In this document: positions 26,740 through 38,721 of the stretch, in pieces
How the letters are laid out: each line of letters starts with the position of its first letter
Numbering within the stretch: the first letter of the stretch is position 1
Source of the DNA: Octopus bimaculoides
Lineage: Eukaryota
DNA: 64,000 nt
Assembly: GCF_001194135.2 (NCBI RefSeq)
Contig: NC_069000.1
Span: 1,000,667-1,064,666, forward strand
Reading direction: 5' to 3'
Made by a program: the position numbers and the translations under genes
Notes under the pieces: generated by a model
The model's input: the letters and a program-made list of their open reading frames with translations, nothing else
What the model was told of the DNA's origin: nothing
The model's database searches: none

Positions 26740-26875
26740 TATCAATAAATACCTTAGGAATGAGAACCCAGGTTCGAAATTTCCCCAAGACACCTGATGA
26801 AGGCTGGAGAGTATATCAGCTGAAACGTTGTGTTCATGACAAACAAGATGAGGACAAATATGCGTCACATGTAAA
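26740..26875 (+). mobile_element. Short non-autonomous Penelope-like repeat carrying the hammerhead motif
   Basis: aaataccttaggaatgagaacccaggttcgaaatttccccaagacacctgatgaagg...gaaacgttg...aacaagatgaggac, flanked by an (ATA)n run and a long microsatellite. Hammerheads are an established feature of Penelope-like element termini. Confidence 0.5.
26789..26834 (+). ncRNA. Minimal type I hammerhead-ribozyme-like motif of the Penelope-associated kind
   Basis: Stem I gacac(26789-93)/gtgtt(26830-34); core CTGATGA at 26794-26800; extra A; stem II ggctg/cagct; GAAA at 26822-25; loopless palindromic ACGT stem III; putative GUU cleavage triplet ending at 26829. Confidence 0.55.
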
Positions 26876-26879
26876 TAAT

Positions 26880-27046
26880 GTATATGTGTATGTATATATA
26901 TATATATGTGTGTGTATATATGTATATGTGTGTACATATGTGTGTATATATGTGTATGTACATTTGTATATAAATGTATGTATATATATGTGTATGTATA
27001 TATGTGTATGTATATATATATGTGTTTGTGTATATATATATGTGTT

Positions 27047-27128
<82 letters not shown>

Positions 27129-27150
27129 CATGTATACATACATATGTCTA
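26880..27150. repeat. Compound (TA)n/(TG)n microsatellite upstream of the first coding exon
   Basis: Seen directly; explains ORFs 26718-27607. Confidence 0.95.
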
Positions 27151-27397
27151 TATAAAACTGACATTTCCGATCATAAAATGGTATCATTTGAGCATAGGGG
27201 TCGTTGTGATTGACTTAGACTTTCCCTTAAAATTACCTGCTTTCAAGCCAAGTCCTTTTAGGTATTATCGGACTCAATATATTTCAAGATCCTTGTTTTT
27301 TTTTCATTTTTTTAAGGGTCTTTTTAATAGACTTTTCTCTTATCATTTCTCACTTTTTCTTTTGCTTAACTCAAATACTTTTTCTTTTGCAGCCAAC

Positions 27398-27506
27398 ATG
27401 CTGGAACACAGACCTGCCAAGATTGCTGTGATCGTTGTCACTCTAATAATATTCATTGTGACAGCTGTCCTAAATGCTTATGCCAGCCAACCTGATAGCA
27501 GTTCGG
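27398..27506 (+). CDS. First coding exon (36 codons + 1 nt; MLEHRPAKIAVIVVTLIIFIVTAVLNAYASQPDSSS-G) encoding TM1 of a TspO/MBR-like multi-pass membrane protein; apparently shared by three downstream terminal exons
   Basis: Acceptor tttttcttttgcAG at 27391-27392, Kozak-like gccaacATG at 27398, one hydrophobic helix, strong phase-1 donor G|gtaagac at 27507. Joins in frame to all three downstream GT-ATY-TAC (G-I-Y) exons. Confidence 0.88.
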
Positions 27507-27799
27507 GTAAGACAAACACTTTGACTCTTCAACCCTGTGCCTCTCACTGCATACATTATATCTCATGCATACATTATATCTTTACAGTCCATATATGCAT
27601 ATATTAAATTACAGCTATAACAGAAATATATTAAATCATATACACCTTCATCATCATCATCATTCCTCATGATCACATGGGTCAGACGAGAGTATGTTGG
27701 GGCAAAGATTTCTGTGGCTGGATGCTTGCAAGGCATTTATTTACAGCCAGTGATTATGCATACAGAAAAGGAGAAATACAAACTCACTCACACAAAGAA

Positions 27800-27985
27800 A
27801 CATGGATTCACACACACACACACAATAGGCTTCTTTCAGTTTCTGTCAACCAAATCCACTCACAGTGCTTTGGTCAGTCTGGAAATATAGTAGAAGATAC
27901 CTGTCTAAGGTGCCACGCAGTGGGCTTGAACCTCAGACCATTTGGTTGGGAATTGAAGTCCTTAACCACACAACCATGCCTGCTG
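27800..27985 (-). mobile_element. Family-2 SINE, antisense, 300 nt downstream of the shared donor
   Basis: ggcttctttcagtttctgtc...gtagaagatacctgtctaaggtgccacgcagtgggcttgaacc...ccacacaacc. Confidence 0.8.
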
Positions 27986-28751
27986 TACCTACATTCATAT
28001 ATCTGCCAATGTGTCCAGCCCATCCTGTCATGGGTTGGACATGTTGACACAGAATCCCGTGAATCCAAGGTCTCCATTTGGCCCCCACTGACTGCTTCTG
28101 CATGGTTTCTATGTGTGCATACTTTTTCTAATACCAACCATTTTCATGTATACCAGCTGCTCATTTTGGGTCACCAACACTTCACATATATGTATATATA
28201 CATGTACATACAAGACACACACACACCAATGTGCACATACATGCATGTGTGTATGCTTATCAATGCAGTCTATATTATAACTCGTAAACTTATTTGCATG
28301 TCTGTATGTTGGCATGTTTTTGTCTAAATCTATTTCACAGCACAATGGAGTGTTTGTTGTTGTTGCTGTTGTTGTTGTATAGCATTGGCTCTGTTCTGAT
28401 CAAGGAAGGACATTTTTATGTGGTTGTCTGGCTTGTAAGAAATTGCAGTCAAATCTTCCTCGAATACTACCCTACCGCTTTCAAAGTCAGTCAGATATAC
28501 AGGATGAACTAATTTATGCCATTTAGAATGGAGATGAGAAGTCTGTACCAAATCTCCCTTTTATCTGAAGTTTTCAACTAAGCTAAACAAAAACAGGTTT
28601 GACTTGTTAAAAATCCCATGAATTTACCTGTGAAAAGAGAGACAACTAAAATATATTTTGACTCATTTTCTTCTGTCTGTCTGTGTCGCCCCTACATTCT
28701 CCTTCTGTGTGTGTGTGTGTGTGCATTTGTTTGTGTGTGTGTGCATGTGTT

Positions 28752-28784
<33 letters not shown>

Positions 28785-29500
28785 TTGCTTCTTTCTTTTA
28801 TAATGTGACCAAACTACTTTAAAAATTAATTATGACTAAGGCGGCACCGTTTGGTCATTAATATAATGTAGAATGTGCCTCGACTGTGTGTGTTTTGTTT
28901 GTTTGTATCAATCAACCAGTCATCACCATCTTTGTTTCAATGTTCACTTTTCCATACTTACATGAGTCAGACAGAATTTGTTGAGGCAGATTTTGTACAG
29001 GTGGATGGCCTTGCTGTCACCAACCCTCACCTGTTTCCAAGTAAAGTAATATTTTTCTATGACCAGACATGTTTTCACAGAATACCACAAATGAAGGATC
29101 CGCGTTTACAATTATACAGCAAATGTCCAGGACTCAGTAAGACACACACACATGCGCACGTGTATGTGCATGGCTGCATGGTTACACATACCATGTGTTT
29201 AGCCATGTCCTTTTATATCAAACCAAGATTTGGGACATTTGCTGAACAGAGATCCCTGAAATATGAAATAGTAGTGGGAGTGATATAAATGATTTTTTAA
29301 AAACACTTGGAGGGTAATGCTGCAGCATGGCCACAGTTGAGTTCCTGAAAGGATTCTAAAGAAGGTGTTTGAAAGTTGAGGCAAGAATGACTCAAACGAC
29401 CTTTGGCCATTTGATATGGCTCGCTCTTCTGCTATGGTGTCAGTATAACATCTGCCAGAGAAAAGCATCAAGGCAATTAATAAGGATAATGATAATTATT

Positions 29501-29710
29501 ATTTCTATTCTAGGCACAAGGCCTTGGGGGAAGGAGGCTAGTGGATTATATCGACACCAGTGCGTAACTGGTACTTATTTCATCGACCCCCGTAAGGATG
29601 AAAGGTAAAATCGACCTCGGCGCAATTTGAACTCAGAACATAAAGACAGACGAAATGCTGCTAAGGATTTTGTCCGGCGCAGTAACAATTCTATAGGCTC
29701 GCTGCCTTAA
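29501..29710 (-). mobile_element. tRNA-derived SINE, family 1 (antisense, near full length)
   Basis: Reverse complement reads taaggcagcgagcc...ctgagttcaaattgcgccgaggtcgattttacctttcatccttacggggtcgatgaaataagtaccag, next to an (AAT)n tract. Confidence 0.85.
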
Positions 29711-29741
<31 letters not shown>

Positions 29742-30052
29742 TGCTAGCGGAAAGTTTTGGTTTAATGATCTTTTAGTTTCCAGATAAAACAAACGTCCAT
29801 TCAGGTATGTAATGGGACACAACAAAGGGACATGCATGACAGAATGACGTTTGCGTGAAACACAAAACACATGGTCGATCGTCTTTCTGAATCCTTGCCT
29901 TTCATCTCGTCAATCTGAAACAAGGGGAGTAATTACAGGTCTAAACAAGTGATTAAGGGAGACGACTGTGATAGTCTTCGTCTTTGCCGGTGATGTGATT
30001 ATCAATGTGTTAGACATTAGATTTTTTTCAGACAGTTAAGATTTACAAAGCC

Positions 30053-30189
30053 TTTTTAGAGAGTAGAATGGCATTAACCTTTTGGAAGGAATTTCACAAA
30101 TTGTGTGTAGGCTTTGCACACTTATTAAAGCCTACACACAATTTGTGAAATTCCTTCCTAAAGGTTAGTGCCATTCTACTCACTAAAAA
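30053..30189. repeat. Long near-perfect inverted repeat: 63-bp arms, 11-nt loop
   Basis: Arms 30053-30115 and 30127-30189 differ at 3 positions; loop gcacacttatt. Confidence 0.95.
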
Positions 30190-30444
30190 CTTTTTTCTTA
30201 ATCTTAACTTTTTGAAAAAAATCTTTCTCTAAATATATCATCATCATCGTCGTCGTCGTTTAACGTCCGCTTTCCATGCCGGCATGGGTTGGACGGTTTG
30301 ACTGAGGACTGGCAAGCCAGAAGGCTGCACCAGGCTCCAATCTGATCTGGCAACGTTTCTACAGCCCTTCCTGGTTTTGGTTTATTAATTAGAATCCTTT
30401 CAGTGGTTGCATTATTTTGATGATATCCTTCGATCCAGATCCGT

Positions 30445-30630
30445 CAGCTATGCCAGGCAAAATAAAATGTTTTGTGCCATTTCGTTTGTCTTCCCATTCT
30501 GAGTTCAAATTCTACCAAGCTTGACTTTACCTTTCAGGGTCAATAAGTACCAGTTGCACACTGGGGTTGATGTAATCAACTTCTCCCCTCCCCAAACTTG
30601 CTGGCCTTGTGCCAAAATTTGAAACCAATA
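30445..30630 (+). mobile_element. tRNA-derived SINE, family 1
   Basis: ctgagttcaaattctaccaagcttgactttacctttc...aataagtaccagttgcacactgggg...ggccttgtgccaaaatttgaaacc. Confidence 0.75.
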
Positions 30631-32606
30631 TCATCACTTCCAGGTTTTGTTGTGTTTGTGTTTTGTATTAGGTGGTTGGGGAGGTGTTTTTTTTATTTCG
30701 TTTTGTTTTAATAACTCCATAATGTGGTTAGTATAAAAAAAAGAGGTAAGTTCTTACTTGACAAGCTGAGACTACAATACGGTTTCAATTCCCAGCCAAG
30801 GACAGTTCAGTCCACTATGTTTATATTGTCCATGGAAAAGAAAAAAATTTCAACATTTCTCTCACACAGCCCTCTTTTTTCAAAACTTAATAACAGACAT
30901 CTGTCTGTCTCTGATATTAAAAGAAGTCAGGATTCTAACAATGGCAGCAATAAACAAAAAACAATAAAAAAAAACAATGTATTTTTGACTGTTGCTGTTG
31001 TTAAAGTAACGTTTGATTCCTGTTGGCATTGGTTTAAGATATCTTCTTCCTCTCATGATGTAAATGGTCTTTGTGTTATTTTTCCTTTGGCCCTTTCTAG
31101 ATTATAGGATAGGAAAGTTTAGGATGTTAAGGGTTAATACTGCTTCAGTTGCAGATACCAGATAATTTACCATGTTAAGCTACCCTTTCTGTACCCAAAT
31201 ATGTCCACTAACATTCTCCAAGCCATATTGACTGGATCCATCCATACATTGGATCTAAAGAGACTTGTATTTCTTCATTAAAATCTTTCAAGTCCAGCTT
31301 TCTAACCCTTTTGATGCCCTTTGAAAACCCCTGTTTAACTTTTGAACTCCTTCCTATTCCATGTAAATAAATGAAAATGCTTTATCTAGCTTCCTAACCC
31401 CTTTTCTGTGGCTTGACTAACTAAACCTGCTCACTTTCCATTCTTCCATTCAGCTGCTCACATCACAATCATCTGAACACCCAAATCTGGCTGGTTCGGT
31501 CAGTGCAGAGGCTGTAGGTCCAATGGGTTTCTAATGTGAGAAACTCTGAACTAATATTATTAATTTATAAAGAATGAACTAAGAGACAACTTTTGAGTTT
31601 CCTCTTGAAGGAAATGATACTGCTGTTATGTGGATGAAGATCCAAACATTCCAAAGTAAAAACAAACAAGAGAGAAAATCCCACCTGCAACAAAGATACC
31701 ACCAGGTGGCAGTAGTATGACTGGACAAGTGTTCTATCATAGCCTTGGGTTGACCAGTGCCTTGTGAGTAGAATTTGGTGACAGAAATTGTGAAAAGCCT
31801 TTCACATATGCATGTGTTCTATCTTCTGCCAATTTATAAAAACAAAACGTGTAAATGTTGGCAAGAAAATCAATGAACTTGTGCTTTTGAACAAAAATAC
31901 CTTGTGATATTTGTTGAGTTTCACAGTTACTCCCTTGTCACTCTTACCATTGGAAATGGAGTAAACCAATGGCCTCTTGCAAACCTCTGACCAACGATGC
32001 TATTGGCCAACAAATGGGCTATAAAATATAGACTTCAAAATAGTAGATTGCCATAGTAAATCCCATCCCAAAGTAGACCTTGCACGATTAATTTCTCCCT
32101 AATCTTAAAACAGATGAGCTGCAGAAATGCTAGGTCTTACGGTTGAGGTTAATTCATATAAAGAGCTAATAACTTACTTGAAAGAAGCAGAACAAAACCC
32201 TTCTCTCCAAGAACCAGTTCTTGATGTTGTTCCACCTTAGGTTGCATCTGGTGGAGCAGACATATAATTGAAGGTTTTCCACTCATGATCATTCTGCCTT
32301 TCCAGATATAGTTTATTTTGGACTACATTAATCCAATATAACCCTCACATATTGTTTTTTTTTTAATAATAGTTTGACTTAGAATAAAGAAATAATAGAT
32401 ATATTTCAAGAAATGTTCCCTTTTACAGCATTTAAAAATTCTCAAAAGCTTTCAGAATGTATCATAAAAAATTCTGTAAAATACAGAATAAAATACGTTT
32501 TCGCTTTTCCGTTTCAGCTCTGAAATCCTTGTCCACCTCTGACCTGTCTAACCCCTATTTAATTTTGCTTCTTCTTTAACCTACTAACCACCTCTTCCCT
32601 TTCCAG

Positions 32607-33400
32607 GTATCTACACTACATCCATTCGCAATGTTTCTAATGTCTACGCTACAGGATTCTCGCCTGCAAACTGGACTTTCAATCTTTGGTATGCCGTTTA
32701 CATGTGGACGGCTGCTTGGCTTCTCTTCTGTGTATCTACAATCTGTACTGTGAGCGGCAATAGTTACCTCTACCTCGAACCCGATGTGTTTCCCTCTAAG
32801 TTCTATCTGATCTTTGCCGTTACCCTCTGCCTCAACATCAGCTGGTTCATCCTTTATGACCGATCCTTCTTCATTGCTAGCTTCTTTGTCGCACTTACCA
32901 TGACTGTCTTCTCTTTCACCACCCTCGGCATATCGATCTACTATCTCTATCTATATGCGAACACACTCATTAAAAACAGCTTTGGCACTCAGGCCTGTCT
33001 CATCCAGCTGCTCGTCCATAATGGTATTGCCTTCTTTGGCACCTGGGTCACCTTGTTGATGCACATGAATCTGGACATAGCCCTACACTACAGATGGGAG
33101 GTGAGCCGTTACATCAGCGACCTGGTTCCGCTTTGCATCCTGGTTGTTCTCATAGTCACCTGGTTCACCTTGGACATAGCCATCTTCGACACCTTCACCC
33201 GATATCTGCTCAGCCCTTACGTCATGTTGGTGATTGTCTTCTCTGGGGTCGTTCATAAACAAGTCGATGTAAACAGCATCGACAGAATTGGGATTGTTGT
33301 TCTGGTGATGCTAATTCTTAGTTCTGTGACTTTAGTGACCAAATTCCTCTTCATGATCTGGAGGCATTTCAATGGCCCACAGACTAGTCTCTCTGTGTAA
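32607..33400 (+). CDS. Variable terminal exon A (about 7 TM helices); with exon 27398-27506 gives a 300-aa TspO/MBR-like membrane protein
   Basis: Branch point TACTAAC at 32582-32588, polypyrimidine tract and ccAG at 32605-32606. Open frame GIYTTSIRNVSNVYATGFSPANWTFNLW...NISWFILYDR...HNGIAFFGTW...KFLFMIWRH to TAA at 33398-33400. 109+794 nt = 301 codons. Clear homology to exons B and C. Confidence 0.9.
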
Positions 33401-33553
33401 AATCTCATGACTACTGAAACATGGAAAATAAGATTTGTTTTTCTCAATTTTAATTTTAAAATAACTGAAAAAGGACAATCATTCAATTATTAAGGTTTCA
33501 ACAAAATTTGTGAAATTCTATCTATATTTTTACTGAATTCCATTAATTTTTCC

Positions 33554-33600
<47 letters not shown>

Positions 33601-33604
<4 letters not shown>

Positions 33605-33801
33605 GGTGGTGAGCTGGCAGAATCATTAGCACGCTGGACGAAATGCTTAGCGGTATTTTGCCCATTGCTATATTCTGAGTTCAAATTCCAGCAAGGTCGA
33701 CTTGGCCTTTCATCCTTTTGGAGTCGATAAAATAAGTACCAATTGAGTACTGGGGGCGATGTAAATGACTTACCCCACCTTCCCCAAGCAAAAATTTGAA
33801 A

Positions 33802-33839
<38 letters not shown>

Positions 33840-34060
33840 GCTGGCAGAATTGTTAGCATATCAGACCAAAAATGCTTAACAACATTTCTTCCAGCTCTTT
33901 ACATTCCAAATTCAAATTCCACCAAAGTCGACTTTGCCTTTTTTTTTTGCCTTTTGGGGTCAATAAAATCTGTACCAGTTTTCTACTGGGATTGAATGTA
34001 ATTGATTTACCCCATCTCCCCTAATATTGCTGTACTTCTACCAAGATTTGAAACAATTAT
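33601..34060 (+). mobile_element. Two tandem family-1 SINEs separated by (ATT)n tracts, immediately 3' of exon A
   Basis: A-box-like gagctggcagaa and B-box-like gagttcaaattcc at 33611-33690; second copy 33838-34060. Confidence 0.85.
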
Positions 34061-34117
34061 TGTTATTATTATTATGATTATTATTATTATTAATGCTGTT
34101 TTATTTTTTTTTTAGTA

Positions 34118-34134
34118 AATAAATATAAAATAAA
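34118..34134 (+). terminator. Candidate poly(A) signals for isoform A (two AATAAA)
   Basis: AATAAA at 34118-34123 and 34129-34134, about 720 nt after the exon A stop and followed by GT/T-rich sequence. Motif only; common by chance in AT-rich DNA. Confidence 0.3.
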
Positions 34135-36123
34135 CCTCCCAAATCTTGAACTTGTGTATTTTTGTGACAAATTAGTTTGTTATTATTGAAGTGGCTGCTT
34201 TTAATATTGTTGCAGTTGTTTTGGTTGTCTGCTATAAATTAAGGTTTTTTTTTGCTATGCAGACAATAAGATTCTGTGTGTGTGTGTGTGTGTGTGTGTA
34301 CACATAATGTTACTGGTTACTGATATTGGTTACATGTTATTGTTGTTGTTGTGCATGTTGGACTGCTGTTTTCTTATCTGCTTCTGTAGTATTGATATTG
34401 TTTTATGCATGTTTGTTCAGTAGTTGTGTCATATACATGCATGTATGCATGCACACATATTCATGTGTGGACTTTCTTTTTCTAATTTACTCTGCAAACT
34501 ACACTTTGGATTGTTCAACAGTTTGATTTGTGAAGTTAGGGCAGCCTTGATGAAAGGCATTTAACATTGAGGAGCTGTGTTACCTCTTGATAGTAGAGGT
34601 AGCTTTGAGGAATATGTCAGCTGAAATATAGGAACATTTTGAGGAGCAAAAATGGCTAGTAAATTTATATCAAAAAAGGAGAAAATGCTTTGAGAATTTT
34701 ATGAATAAAAAGAAAATATTTTTACAATTTCATCTAAATATGCTACCGGTTTCAATTCTTTTAAACCAATTTAGTCATGCTGTAAGAAGAAATTACTATT
34801 TCATATATTTGGGAAGTCCACTTGTTTTTCTTACAAAATTCTCATGGTATTGGTTGTTGTTTCCTTCTGATGGCTGCTGGATTGTGAGATATATATATAA
34901 AGCTATAAAGTGACTCAAATTCTGAGAGTGTCATGCATGGCATTTATGATCAGTGTAATGTATGAAACCCTCAGCCCAGTCAGTTAACCCCAGGCCAATC
35001 TAAGCTACGTAATTTGCTAGATGGAAAGTGAAAGGAAGCCATTGAATGTGGGTGTGTCTACTTGTCTTGATATCATGCGATAACTGTAAATGAGCATCAC
35101 CATCATACACGTCAGGTTGTTCGTTTGAATTCTTCCATGGAAACTTGTTCAGCGATGGAGAAATATTACCATGCTTGGAAACAGGTGAGAGTTGGCAACA
35201 GGAAGGACATTTTGCCACAGAAAATCTGCTTCAACAAATTCCTTTCACCCACCCGATGCACACTTAGAAAAGTGGACATTAAAATCATAAGATCCAGGTA
35301 TCTAGGTGTAGGAAGTTAGTAAGCTTCGAGCAGTCCGTAGAAGGTATAAAAAAAAACAACTTTCAGAAATAATAATAGTTTATTGAGATTGAAGGTTGTA
35401 GGTTTTTCTCATATCAAAGTTCAATAAGCTAAAAAAAGTTTCTTTATTGTTCACAGTTAGCAAGTAGGATTGCCATGAATGCAAATAAAAATCCAAAATT
35501 GAGGGAATGAAGCAGGTAAAATCCTGACTACATAGGTTTCCTTGCTAGCAGATCCTCAAAAGTAATAATTAATCAATAAGAGGTGCTCTACTAATTACTT
35601 TTAAATTATATCTCTGGCGAGTTAACTTGGGATTCTTTAATGACAATGTATGTAACCTCCGTTTAACTAAGGTATCTTCAGCCTGATGAGTAGTTAGTGG
35701 AGGAACCCCTCATTGAGTAATCATTACTTCCAAGGGTCTGCTAGCTGGGAAAACATATGTGGCCTAAGCACCCACTACACTCTTGGAGTGGTTGGCTTTA
35801 GGAAGGGCATCCAGTTGTAGAAATTATCAGATGAGAGAGTTCGAGAAGTTAATGTTGTTAGTTGAAGATAAGGAGGACAGACTAAAACTGATCTGGGGGT
35901 GAGATGGTTAGGTCAGCGTTAGGACCAAATAACTCAGAATCATACAGAAGGCAGGAAATAGTTTAGGAAGCAAGGAGAGAATGCAGTTGGATAAGGTATG
36001 AGGCAATTGAGACGTCGTCCCACAATGTCAAACTAATAATAGGTAAGAATGATTGCGGCTGAATGTTTTCCTATGGAAACCATTCCACTGCAAAGACAGC
36101 AACAAATATTGAACTAATGGTGA

Positions 36124-36404
36124 TGCTAATGGGGGTTAATAATGGTAATTAATAATTAATAATGGGGGTTAATAATGGTAATTAATAATGGTAATTAATA
36201 ATGGTAATTAATAATGGTAATTAATAATGGTAATTAATAATGGTAATTAATAATGGTAATTAATAATGGTAATTAATAATGGNNNNNNNNNNAATAATGG
36301 TAATTAATAATGGTAATTAATAATGGTAATTAATAATTAATAATGGTAATTAATAATGGTAATTAATAATGGTAATTAATAATGGTAATTAATAATGGTA
36401 ATTA
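36124..36404. repeat. 13-bp minisatellite (GGTAATTAATAAT)n with a 10-N gap
   Basis: Many near-identical tandem units visible directly. Confidence 0.95.
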
Positions 36405-36409
36405 AAGTA

Positions 36410-36605
36410 ATGTGGCAAGCTGGCAGGATTGGTGGCGTGCCAAAATGCTTGGAGGCATTTCATCTAAGTTCAAATTCTGCTAAGGTCAACTTTGACTTTC
36501 ATCCATTTTGGGGTCAATAAAATAAGACCCAGTTGAGCATTAGGGCTCAATATAACTGACTTACCACCCTCCCCCGAAATTACTGGCCTTGTGCCAAAAA
36601 TGGAA
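36410..36605 (+). mobile_element. tRNA-derived SINE, family 1
   Basis: caagctggcagg...agttcaaattctgctaaggtcaactttgactttcatcc...aataagacccag...ggccttgtgccaaaa. Confidence 0.8.
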
Positions 36606-36764
36606 ACCAAAATGGAAATTAAAGTAAGTAGAGGACAGAATGAGAGGACAGAGGTCAGCTGCTTGGCTGTTGATGATTTGGTTTCGCAGACTGGACACTC
36701 GACCGGTTCTTGTGACACTTACACACACACACACACATGCATGTACAGAAATATGTACATAGGT

Positions 36765-37095
36765 GCAAGCATGGTTCAATCCTACTGCATGGTACCTTGG
36801 GCAAGTGTCTTCTACCATAGCCTTGGGCCAACCTAAGCGTTGTGAGTGAATTTGATAAACGGAAACTGAAAGAAGCCCATCATATATGTGTGCAGGTGTG
36901 AGTGTGTCCCATCACAGCTTGACAACCAGTGTTGATGTGTTTATGTCCCCATAGCTTAGCAGTTCAGCAAAAGAGACTGATAGAATAAGCACCAGGCTTT
37001 AAAAAAAAAGAAAAGAAGTAGTGAGGTTGATTCATTTGACCAAGGCATTGCCCCAGCATGGCCACAACCTAATGACTGAAACAAGTAAAAGATGA
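36765..37095 (+). mobile_element. Family-2 SINE, sense
   Basis: catggttcaatcctactgcatggtaccttgggcaagtgtcttctacc...ggaaactgaaagaagccc...tgccccagcatggccac...ctgaaacaagtaaaaga. Confidence 0.8.
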
Positions 37096-37746
37096 AAAGT
37101 GTACAGGTAGAGAGGAACATTAGGTGTGTCAGCACAACTGGATGCTCACACATAAGCAGAGAGGGAAGGAGGGAGAGGGAGGGAAGGAGGGGGAGAGGGA
37201 GGGAAGNNNNNNNNNNNNNNNNNNNNNNNNNNNNNNNNNNNNNNNNNNNNNNNNNNNNNNNNNNNNNNNNNNNNNNNNNNNNNNNNNNNNNNNNNNNNNN
37301 NNNNNNNNNNNNNNNNNNNNNNNNNNNNNNNNNNNNNNNNNNNNNNNNNNNNNNNNNNNNNNNNNNNNNNNNNNNNNNNNNNNNNNNNNNNNNNNNNNNN
37401 NNNNNNNNNNNNNNNNNNNNNNNNNNNNNNNNNNNNNNNNNNNNNNNNNNNNNNNNNNNNNNNNNNNNNNNNNNNNNNNNNNNNNNNNNNNNNNNNNNNN
37501 NNNNNNNNNNNNNNNNNNNNNNNNNNNNNNNNNNNNNNNNNNNGATAAGCTGGTAATTCATTAAGCAGTGTTGACCAATAGAGGCCTTCTTGAGTTTCTC
37601 TCAAAACCCATTACTCTTCTCTTGATATCTAATAAGATGGGTTTGTTCTATGAACCCACAAAACTTTAAGTCACATGGAGCTAAATCAAACTATTATTAA
37701 ATAATTTGATAGGGAACACCTATCAAATGTGTTGAGTGCCACTTTC

Positions 37747-37782
<36 letters not shown>

Positions 37783-38049
37783 TCATCATCGTTGTCATCG
37801 TTTAACGTCCTCTTTCCATGCTGGTATGGGTTGGACAGTTTGACTGAGGACTGGTGAACTAGCAGGCAGTACTGGCATCGACCATGTTTGAATGGTGCTT
37901 TTTACATGCCACTGGCATGGGAGCCAGTGAGGTGGCAAAAACAAAGACAGGTGTATAAACAATAAGCAGGTGTATTAGTTTGATGCTCGGGAAGGTGAGA
38001 AAATCTTTTGTTTAGAGCCTATGCTCTTCAACAGAAAGGAACACAAGGA

Positions 38050-38685
38050 AATAAGGGTCTGTATATAACCATCTGTTATTTCTTCTGTTAACTTTTTGTT
38101 CTTGGTTGAAGTTTTCCTCGTTTAAGAAAAACCAAATCAAATCTTCTTTTGCTGGATTTTTCAGTTTGTTTAAGAGCCTTTTAGATCTGATGTAGTGATT
38201 TTCTTTTGCTTTTTGGGGACAAATTGACTTTTCCTCATCATACAAGACTTGTATCTGATGTCTTCATGGACAACATTTATCGCTATTCCTTCTGACACAT
38301 GGTGATCTTTTGCAAATGACCTCATGGACTTTCTGGGATTGTAATCAAATGGTCTGTTGAATTTGCTGGATAAATTCAGGTCATCTGATGATTTCAGAGC
38401 ATTTAGAATGCTTTCTATGCTTTGATACTGGTGATATGTTTCCATCTTTAATCTCCAACTCCTTACAAACTTTGTAGATGAAAGATCTGGTAACTTTTTA
38501 AAAATCGAGATATTTCTAAATCGTTATGCTCAGCTTTTATAACCACAATAACAGAATGCCTCTTCATTTCTTGAATAAGCTGAGGGTCTGCCATTTATTA
38601 TTTTCTGAAGCAAAGATTATACAGCGTTAGCAAAAAATGCAGCAATGACCCAAAAAAGAAATGTCCTCAATACCTTATGCACCCT

Positions 38686-38686
<1 letters not shown>
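38050..38686 (-). mobile_element. Tc1/mariner-superfamily (maT/DD37D-like) transposase remnant, 3' truncated
   Basis: Frameshifted peptides NPRKSMRSFAKDHHVSEGIAINVVHEDIRYKSCMMRK and KRLLNKLKNPAKEDLIWFFLNEENFNQEQKVNRRNNRWL (first catalytic-Asp region decayed). Terminus-like AGGGTG near 38686. Confidence 0.8.

Positions 38687-38721
<35 letters not shown>

Noticed and set aside
26718-27607. Long ORFs rich in Y/I/C/V/H/T
   Set aside because: Translations of TA/TG microsatellite. Only 27398-27506 is supported as coding.
33330-33370. Conserved Lys in the last helix of all four paralogs as a rhodopsin-like retinal attachment site
   Set aside because: The Lys lies near the helix end before W-R/L-H, consistent with a membrane-boundary basic residue. 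No opsin or microbial rhodopsin motifs are present.
32702-33400. ORFs starting at internal ATGs (32702; also 39372) as single-exon genes
   Set aside because: In-frame family homology continues upstream to the acceptor and these products would lack TM1. The 39372 ATG is kept only as a caveat.
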